Of a DNA stretch of 64,000 nt, positions 46,860 to 53,004 are shown in pieces. A program made the translations under genes and the position numbers. This stretch comes from an uncultured Pseudomonadota bacterium. Lineage in GTDB: Bacteria > Pseudomonadota > Gammaproteobacteria > Burkholderiales > SG8-39. Under the pieces are notes generated by a model. The model had not been told where the DNA came from. It searched no databases and saw nothing but the letters and a program-made list of their open reading frames with translations. Where the stretch lies: positions 19,466 through 83,465 of the forward strand of contig CAWFPL010000001.1 in NCBI GenBank assembly GCA_963817785.1. The letters are read 5' to 3'. Position 1 is the first letter of the stretch. Every line of letters starts with the position of its first letter.

Positions 46860-47780
46860 GTGTATCCAGTCCTCCAGATTCTACAAGACGCTTCCGAGCT
46901 GCCTGAACAGCTTGGGACCAAGCCAAAGTTCTGGTTTCGGAGTGAGGACGGCAAGCGTTGGCTTTTCAAGGAGGGGCGCACTGGCACAGGGGAACACTGG
47001 GCAGAAAAGGCCTGCGCCGAAATCGCCTCGCTTCTCTGCCTTCCGCCCGCGTCATACGAGTTGGCGGAGTGGCGTGGACGCCTGGGCGTTGCATCGCCAA
47101 ACTTTGTTCCCGAAGGGGCGCGATTGGTTCTCGCTAACGAGGTTCTAGCGAAGATGATCCCTGACTATGGAGCTCACGCGAAGCGATTCGAAGCGCGGGA
47201 GCACCGCGTTGTCACAGCCATAGCAATCCTTAAACAAGCGATAGTTGCTTTCCCCTTAGGGTTTCATCGACCTGAAGAACTCGACGGCGCAGGTGATGTC
47301 TTCGTGGGATACCTTTTGTTGGACGCGCTCGTTGGGAATCAGGATCGTCATCATGAAAATTGGGGTTTCGTCGTGACACCCCAGTCAACAATTCACCTTG
47401 CCCCGACGTTTGATCACGCTTCTAGCCTTGGCCGAAACGAGCTGGACGCCGTCCGGCTCGACCGCCTACATACAAGGGATGAGGGTCGGTCCGTGGTCCG
47501 GTATGTGGAGCGCGCCGAGTCGGCATTCTTCCCGAGTGGTGGGGGTACTCGCCCGTTGACTACCCTGGCCGCGTTTGAAGAAGGGGCTAGGATTAGCGCG
47601 ACGGCCGCGCGATATTGGCTTAGTCGTCTCGCAAAGCTTGATGGACACGATTTCGAGCGAGTCTTTGAAATGTTTCCGCCCAGCGTGATCTCTCGTCCCG
47701 CAGTAGACTTCGCATTGGCGATCTTGGAAGCTAATCGCCAGCGGCTCTTAAGTCTCACACCAGGAACGACGCACCGATGA
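46860..47780 (+). CDS. HipA-family Ser/Thr protein kinase, core only (no HipA N-subdomain 1; HipT-like architecture)
   Basis: 306 aa, GTG start. LGTKPKFWF (nucleotide-loop region), GNQDRHHENWGF (catalytic loop) and LAPTFDHASSLG (metal-binding Asp) match the HipA_C pattern. Confidence 0.8.
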   Translation: MYPVLQILQDASELPEQLGTKPKFWFRSEDGKRWLFKEGRTGTGEHWAEKACAEIASLLCLPPASYELAEWRGRLGVASPNFVPEGARLVLANEVLAKMIPDYGAHAKRFEAREHRVVTAIAILKQAIVAFPLGFHRPEELDGAGDVFVGYLLLDALVGNQDRHHENWGFVVTPQSTIHLAPTFDHASSLGRNELDAVRLDRLHTRDEGRSVVRYVERAESAFFPSGGGTRPLTTLAAFEEGARISATAARYWLSRLAKLDGHDFERVFEMFPPSVISRPAVDFALAILEANRQRLLSLTPGTTHR

Positions 47781-48526
47781 CAAAAGCGCTTTTCGTAGCG
47801 TGGCAGGATCCTGAGTCACGGCGCTGGATCCCGGTCGGGCGTCTGACGTTTGAGAACGGTACGTACCGCTTTACCTATACCCGAGGGGCGAAAGAGGCCA
47901 AGAGCTTTGTTCCCTTTGGACGAATGACCGACTTCAATTCGGCGTATGTGTCCAACGAATTGTTTCCATTGTTCGCGAACCGCATCTTGCCGAAGTCGCG
48001 ACCGGAATATGGCGACTACCTGCGGTGGCTTGGGTTAACTGAGGCCCGAGCGCAAGAACTTGAGGTGCTTGCTCGGTCAGGCGGGCTGCGGGCAACTGAT
48101 ACCTTGGAAATTTTTCCTTGCCCCGAACCGACTGACGATCACAGGTATGTGGTCTATTTTTTTAGTCATGGGGTCCGCTATTTGCTTCCGGAGAACCATG
48201 CGCGATTCCACTCACTGCAGCAAGGTGAGCGTCTTTACTTGATGAAAGACATCCAGAATAGCGCTGACGCAATGGCTCTCCTTTTGCGCACGGGCGATCC
48301 GGTTTCAAACGTTGGTTACTGCCCTCGCTATTATTGTGCTGAGTTTGGTCATCTGATCGACGTAGTTGGTGCGGAGAAGGTGATCGTCACGGTTGAAAGA
48401 GTGAACCCGGACGCACCCATGCAATTTCGATTGCTTTGCCGGTTGTCCGCACCTTGGCCTGCGAACTTCGCACCATGTTCTATGGAGGAGTTCCAAGCGC
48501 TACCAGAGGCAGTAGAAACGGCCTGA
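47777..48526 (+). CDS. Partner protein: HipS-like (HipA N-subdomain-like) N-terminus fused to a HIRAN-like C-terminal domain
   Basis: 249 aa, ATGA overlap with the kinase. Residues 1-115: ALFVAWQDPESRRWIPVGRLTFENGTYRFTY, ELFPLFANRILP, LEVLARSGGLRATDTLEIFP. Residues ~123-225: HGVRYL..GERLYLMKDIQNSADAMALLL..VGYCPRYYCAEFGHLID (HIRAN pattern). Domain calls come from pattern recognition only. Confidence 0.6.
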   Translation: MTKALFVAWQDPESRRWIPVGRLTFENGTYRFTYTRGAKEAKSFVPFGRMTDFNSAYVSNELFPLFANRILPKSRPEYGDYLRWLGLTEARAQELEVLARSGGLRATDTLEIFPCPEPTDDHRYVVYFFSHGVRYLLPENHARFHSLQQGERLYLMKDIQNSADAMALLLRTGDPVSNVGYCPRYYCAEFGHLIDVVGAEKVIVTVERVNPDAPMQFRLLCRLSAPWPANFAPCSMEEFQALPEAVETA

Positions 48527-48527
48527 A

Positions 48528-49559
48528 TCAGTAAAGCCGCCTGACGAACGCCAGGCGCTGGCTCGGCGCGAAGCCGGCGCGGTAGAAGAACCCGAGCAGG
48601 GGAAAGTTCTCCTTGGCGACCATGGTCTCGAGGCGCTCGATGCGCAGCGCCGAGAGGTTGATGAACAGCTGCGACAGCAGCGCGCGGCCGAGGCCCTGGC
48701 GGGCGTAATCCGGGTCGACCCCCACGGTATCGATCACCGCCACCGGCTCGGTGCGGCCGAAGTCGCCGAGGTCGGCGCGCGCCATCAGGAAGCCGGCGAG
48801 CACCCCGTCCCGGCGTGCGCTAAGCGAGATGCGGATCGCCGAGTCGAACAGCGCTTCGTCGAGCGCCTTGCCCATGTAGCCGCGCCGCTCCCGGCCGGTG
48901 AGGCGCCGGTCGATGCGCACCACCGCGTCGAGGTCGGCGGACGCCAGCGAGCGCACGTCGGCGGTGTCGCGCGCCAGCGCCTCGAAGTCGTTCCCCGCCG
49001 GGGCGCTGTAGTCGTTCGGATCGCCGCGCCCGTCGCGCTCGGGCGAGTCCACCGGCTGCTCCTCCGCGGCGCCGTAATGCCCGGCGCGCACCGGGCAGTC
49101 GAGCACGAGGTTGTCGGCCAGCGCGTAGCCCAGCCGGTCCATGAAGCGGAGCATGCCGTGGGCGCGCCAGGAGGCGGCGCTGTGGATCTCGCGGATGCCG
49201 CGCCTGGCGGCCTGCTGCTCGAGCGCGGTGTGCAGCGCGCGGCCGATGCCGCGGCTCTGCGCCGCGGGCGTCACTCCGACCACTTCCAGGCGCAGCGCGG
49301 GCTGCGTGCGGCCGAACTCGCCCTCGAGCACGCGCCCCAGCGCGTAGCCGCTTACCGCACCCTGCTCCTCGGCGGCGAATTGCAGGTGCAGCTCCGGCTG
49401 GTGCACCGCCGCGGCGAGCCGGCGCTCGAAATAGGCGCGGCGAGGCCGACCGCTCAGCGCGGCGTCGATCGCGGCCACCGCCTCCAGGTCGCCCGCGGCG
49501 AGCGGCCGCAGCCTGAATCCGGCGCCCGCTCCGGGGGCCGCGCCAACGGTTGCTGTCAT
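48528..49559 (-). CDS. Tandem (double) GNAT-domain N-acetyltransferase
   Basis: Internal ATG at 49559 (MTATVGAAPG..). Two GNAT cores with acetyl-CoA loops (VTPAAQSRGIGRALHTAL and VDPDYARQGLGRALLSQL). Its stop codon is separated by 1 nt from the convergent stop of the partner gene. Confidence 0.8.
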   Translation of the reverse strand: MTATVGAAPGAGAGFRLRPLAAGDLEAVAAIDAALSGRPRRAYFERRLAAAVHQPELHLQFAAEEQGAVSGYALGRVLEGEFGRTQPALRLEVVGVTPAAQSRGIGRALHTALEQQAARRGIREIHSAASWRAHGMLRFMDRLGYALADNLVLDCPVRAGHYGAAEEQPVDSPERDGRGDPNDYSAPAGNDFEALARDTADVRSLASADLDAVVRIDRRLTGRERRGYMGKALDEALFDSAIRISLSARRDGVLAGFLMARADLGDFGRTEPVAVIDTVGVDPDYARQGLGRALLSQLFINLSALRIERLETMVAKENFPLLGFFYRAGFAPSQRLAFVRRLY

Positions 49560-49578
49560 GAGGTGCTTTCCTTTTGCT

Positions 49579-50073
49579 TCAGTCCAGGACGTAGGCGGTA
49601 AACAGCTCGCGGTCGCTGTCTTCGTCGAGCAGGTTCTCGACCGAGGGCAGCAGCGACATCTCCTCCATCTGCGCGTGGGACGCCAGCCGCTGGGCAAGGT
49701 CGAGGCCGTGCATGCGCAGCTGTTGCCAGCCGTGCGCATCGATGGTTTGCGCGCGCACCGCGTCGTGCAGCTCGGAGAGGCGGCGCGCGATGCCGCGGAT
49801 CACCGCGTGCTCCTCGGCGAGCAGCTCGGCGAGGTCGCCTTCCCCGGCTTCGGCGAGGCGCGGGAACAGCTCGGTCTCTTCGAATGCGAAGTGGCGCGCG
49901 ACTTCGTCGGCGAGCGCCGCGACCGAGCTGCGCAGCACCAGGGCCACCCCGGTGTTGGCCGGGTCCGGCGGCCAGGGGCGCGCGCCGAGCGCCTGCTCGA
50001 GGCGCACGCACAGCTGCAGCGTCGCATCGTGCTCCTCGTGCAGCCGGCGGTTGATCTGGCGGGAGAAGTCCAT
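49579..50073 (-). CDS. Hemerythrin HHE cation-binding domain protein
   Basis: 164 aa from the internal ATG (in frame with track ORF 49579..50880). H/E-rich helices: RRLHEEHD, HFAFEETELFP, LLAEEHAVI, SHAQMEE. Confidence 0.75.
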   Translation of the reverse strand: MDFSRQINRRLHEEHDATLQLCVRLEQALGARPWPPDPANTGVALVLRSSVAALADEVARHFAFEETELFPRLAEAGEGDLAELLAEEHAVIRGIARRLSELHDAVRAQTIDAHGWQQLRMHGLDLAQRLASHAQMEEMSLLPSVENLLDEDSDRELFTAYVLD

Positions 50074-50102
50074 GGGCAGCTTCCTGTTCGTGTGGGGGCG
50101 CC

Positions 50103-51485
50103 TCAGCCGCCGTGCGGGTCCTTGCGCAGGTCGCGCACGCGCACGGCCTTGCCCTGCGAGCGCGGCACCTCTCCGGGCTTCTTGACCGTCACTTCGGCCG
50201 TCACTCCGATGAGCGACTTGATCTGGTAGCGCACGCGCTCGGCGATCGCGCGGTAGGCGTCCGGGGAGCCGGCCGGTACCGCCGCCGCAGCCTCGACCTC
50301 GACCGTGAGCGCGTCCAGGTTGCCGCGGCGCTCGACCACCAGCTGGTAGTGCGGCGCGAGGTCCGGCAAGCCCACCAGCGCCGCTTCGATCTGCGACGGA
50401 TAGACGTTGACGCCGCGGATGATCAGCATGTCGTCGTTGCGTCCGGTGATGCGCATGAGCCGCAGGTGCGTGCGCCCGCAGGCGCAGGGCTGGGTGGTGA
50501 CGCGCGTCACGTCGCGCGTGCGGTAGCGGATCATCGGCAGCGCTTCCTTGGTGAGCGTGGTGATCACCAGCTCGCCGGCCTGGCCCTCGGGCGCCGGCCG
50601 GCCGGTGTCGGGATCGATGACCTCGAACAGGAAATGGTCCTCCCAGCCGTGCAGCCCGTCCTGGGCCTCGCACTCGACCGCGACGCCCGGCCCCATGATT
50701 TCGGACAGGCCGTAATTGTCGATCGCCTTGAGCCCGAGACGGATCTGGATCTCGCGCCGCAGGGCCTCGCTCCAGGGCTCGGCGCCGAACAGCCCGATTT
50801 CCAGCCGGCCCTTTCTCAGGTCGACGCCGTCGCGCTCGGCCACCTCCGCGATGTTGAGCGCGTAGGAAGGCGTCGAGCACAGCACGCGTGCGCCGAAGTC
50901 CCTGATCAGCACCACCTGGCGCTCGGTCGAGCCGCCCGACATCGGCACCACCGTGGCGCCGAGCCGCTCGGCGCCGTAATGCATGCCGAGCCCGCCGGTG
51001 AACAGCCCGTAGCCGTAGGCGTTGTGCACCACGTCGCCGGGCCGCACGCCGGCGCAGGCCATGGTGCGCGCCATAAGGTCCGCCCAGGTGTCGAGGTCGT
51101 TCTTGGTATAGCCGACTACGGTCGGCTTGCCGGTGGTCCCCGAGGAGGCGTGCAGCCGCAGCAGATTCTCGCGCGGCCGGGCGAAAAGCCCGAACGGATA
51201 GTGGTCGCGCAGATCGCCCTTCACGCAGAACGGCAGGCTGCGCAGGTCCTCGAGCCTGCGCACGTCCTGCGGTGCGACGCCCGCCGCGTCCATGCGCCTG
51301 CGGTGCAGCGGCACGTTGTCGTACGCGTTCTTCAGCATCGCGCGCAAGCGGCGAAGCTGCAGCCCGGCGAGCTGCTCGCGCGGCGCGGTCTCGACGCGCG
51401 GGTCGAAGTAATCGCGTGCCGTGCGGCGCGGCACGGGGGCGCGGTGGTGCAGCTTGGCGTAGCGCGGCTGAAGCAGTGCGTTCAT
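50103..51485 (-). CDS. paaK: Phenylacetate-CoA ligase (PaaK/PadJ family adenylate-forming enzyme)
   Basis: 460 aa from the internal ATG. LHASSGTTGKPTVVGYT, YGLSEIMGPGV, RYRTRD, IIRGVNVYP. PaaK-type short ANL enzyme. Confidence 0.88.
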   Translation of the reverse strand: MNALLQPRYAKLHHRAPVPRRTARDYFDPRVETAPREQLAGLQLRRLRAMLKNAYDNVPLHRRRMDAAGVAPQDVRRLEDLRSLPFCVKGDLRDHYPFGLFARPRENLLRLHASSGTTGKPTVVGYTKNDLDTWADLMARTMACAGVRPGDVVHNAYGYGLFTGGLGMHYGAERLGATVVPMSGGSTERQVVLIRDFGARVLCSTPSYALNIAEVAERDGVDLRKGRLEIGLFGAEPWSEALRREIQIRLGLKAIDNYGLSEIMGPGVAVECEAQDGLHGWEDHFLFEVIDPDTGRPAPEGQAGELVITTLTKEALPMIRYRTRDVTRVTTQPCACGRTHLRLMRITGRNDDMLIIRGVNVYPSQIEAALVGLPDLAPHYQLVVERRGNLDALTVEVEAAAAVPAGSPDAYRAIAERVRYQIKSLIGVTAEVTVKKPGEVPRSQGKAVRVRDLRKDPHGG

Positions 51486-51516
51486 GGTCCGGCCTCCTCC
51501 CTCGGGTGCATGGCCG

Positions 51517-52341
51517 TCAGCTGCGTCCGCGCACGGGAAGCCGTGGCAGCGCGAATCCCTGGTTGAACGCGGCGCGCGTGACCAGCCGGAACTTGAAGTG
51601 CCAGCCTGCCGCAAGCGCGGCGGCGCCGGCGAGCATGGCGGCCGCGGGCGCGAGCTGCGGCGCCAGCCAGCCCGCCAGCAGCAATGCGAGCGGCGCCAGG
51701 GTCCCGACGTAGAGCAGCCACTTCGCGCCCGGCTCGAGCGCGTTGAGCGGCGCGCCGCTGCCGAGGTTCGCGCGGTAGCTCCGCCAGGCAAACGCGCGCG
51801 CGACGAGCGCCAGCGCGAACAGCAGCAGCGGCGCGCGCGCTTCGCCGCCCCCGGCGGCGACGAGCAGGTACAGGCCGGAGCCTTCGGCGAGGCCGGTGGC
51901 GACGATGAGCGGCGTGATGCCCGCCGTGCGCCAGGCGGGAATGCCCTTGGAGGCGCGCAGGATGCGGCCCTGGCAATACACGAACAGCAGCGCGGCGAGA
52001 CCGGCGGCCTGCGCGGCCCACGCGCGGCCGAGCGCGAGCGCGAGCGCTCCGAGCGCGAACACCAGCAGCGCCGCGAACGACTCGCGCGTCATCCACGACG
52101 TTCGCGGGTTGAAGAACACGTGCGCGGCGCGCAGCTTGCGGCCGATTTCGAGCCATACCGCGCTGAGCCCGGCGGCGATCAGCGCCAGGCCGAGCGCGAG
52201 CGGGAGCTTCCAGCCCGGCGCGGCGTGCGCCGCGAGCGCGATGCTGAACAGCAGCCCGGCGCCGGTGCCGCCGAGAATGAAGTTCGTCGCGGCGCGGACA
52301 TCCCAGTGGCGTTGCAGCCACGGCTTCGGGCCATAGCTCAT
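51517..52341 (-). CDS. NrfD/PsrC-like integral membrane anchor of the Mo enzyme (PadD-like)
   Basis: 274 aa from the internal ATG (ATGA overlap with the upstream Fe-S gene). ~8 hydrophobic helices and no cofactor motifs. Confidence 0.7.
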   Translation of the reverse strand: MSYGPKPWLQRHWDVRAATNFILGGTGAGLLFSIALAAHAAPGWKLPLALGLALIAAGLSAVWLEIGRKLRAAHVFFNPRTSWMTRESFAALLVFALGALALALGRAWAAQAAGLAALLFVYCQGRILRASKGIPAWRTAGITPLIVATGLAEGSGLYLLVAAGGGEARAPLLLFALALVARAFAWRSYRANLGSGAPLNALEPGAKWLLYVGTLAPLALLLAGWLAPQLAPAAAMLAGAAALAAGWHFKFRLVTRAAFNQGFALPRLPVRGRS

Positions 52342-52985
52342 GGCGCCCGGTCCCAGAGGTAGTAGAAGCCCGGATCGGTGCCGAGCTCCTCGTGCATGCG
52401 GAAGAACTGGTTTTCCGCCAGCAGCTGCGAGATGTTGCTGCGCGGGTCCTCGAGGTCGCCGAAATGCAGCGCCTTGGCGATGCACGAGTTGACGCACGCC
52501 GGCGTCGCCTCGGGATCGACGCCGGGCTTGAGGCCCCGCTCGAGCCCCGCATCGATGCGATCGGAGCAGAAGGTGCACTTGGTGGCGACGCCGATGCGCT
52601 TCGGATCGAAGCGCTGCGCTTCGGAGGGCATCGGCTCACCGTAGGCGAAGGTCGCTGCGTCGGTCTTGTAGCGCGCCTGGTAGGGACAGGCGACTGCGCA
52701 GTAAGCGCAGCCGATGCACAGGTCGTAGTCGATGGTGACGATGCCGTCGGCGCGCCGGCGCGTCGCGGTCGAAGGGCAGACGTGCATGCACGGCGGATCG
52801 GCGCAGTGCATGCAGCCCACCGGCACGAAGGCGCGCTTGACCTGCGGATACTCGCCGACCTCCATGTCCAGCACGCGCCGCCACTGCACCTCCGGCGGCG
52901 TGGCGTTGGTGTGCTTGCACGCCGCGGTGCAGGTCTGGCAGCCGACGCAGCGGCGCAGATCCGCGACCATGACCCAGCGGGTCAT
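52338..52985 (-). CDS. Four-cluster 4Fe-4S ferredoxin subunit of a DMSO-reductase-family enzyme (PadC-like)
   Basis: MTRWVMVADLRRCVGCQTCTAACK, CMHCADPPCMHVCP, CIGCAYCAVACP, CTFC. Internal ATG at 52985. Confidence 0.85.
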   Translation of the reverse strand: MTRWVMVADLRRCVGCQTCTAACKHTNATPPEVQWRRVLDMEVGEYPQVKRAFVPVGCMHCADPPCMHVCPSTATRRRADGIVTIDYDLCIGCAYCAVACPYQARYKTDAATFAYGEPMPSEAQRFDPKRIGVATKCTFCSDRIDAGLERGLKPGVDPEATPACVNSCIAKALHFGDLEDPRSNISQLLAENQFFRMHEELGTDPGFYYLWDRAP

Positions 52986-53004
52986 CGTGAGCCCTCCCGG
53001 CGCG

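Larger units (their letters stand above)
46636..48530. other. Lower-G+C two-gene insertion at the convergence point of the bcr and pad-like operons
   Basis: Hand counts of three 60-nt lines inside the insertion (47221, 47701, 48121) give 26, 31 and 30 G+C. Lines 48601 and 48721 in the adjacent GNAT gene give 38 and 45. No integrase, transposase, tRNA or terminal repeats seen. Confidence 0.7.

Noticed and set aside
46666-46926. 86-aa minus-strand ORF as a possible HipB-like antitoxin
   Set aside because: It has no helix-turn-helix pattern, overlaps the kinase start in antisense, and is Arg/Thr/Pro-rich.
46636-48530. Mobile element (IS, integron cassette, prophage remnant) explanation for the low-G+C insertion
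   Set aside because: I could see no transposase, integrase, terminal inverted repeats, attC-like site or flanking direct repeats. I therefore report it only as a compositional island.
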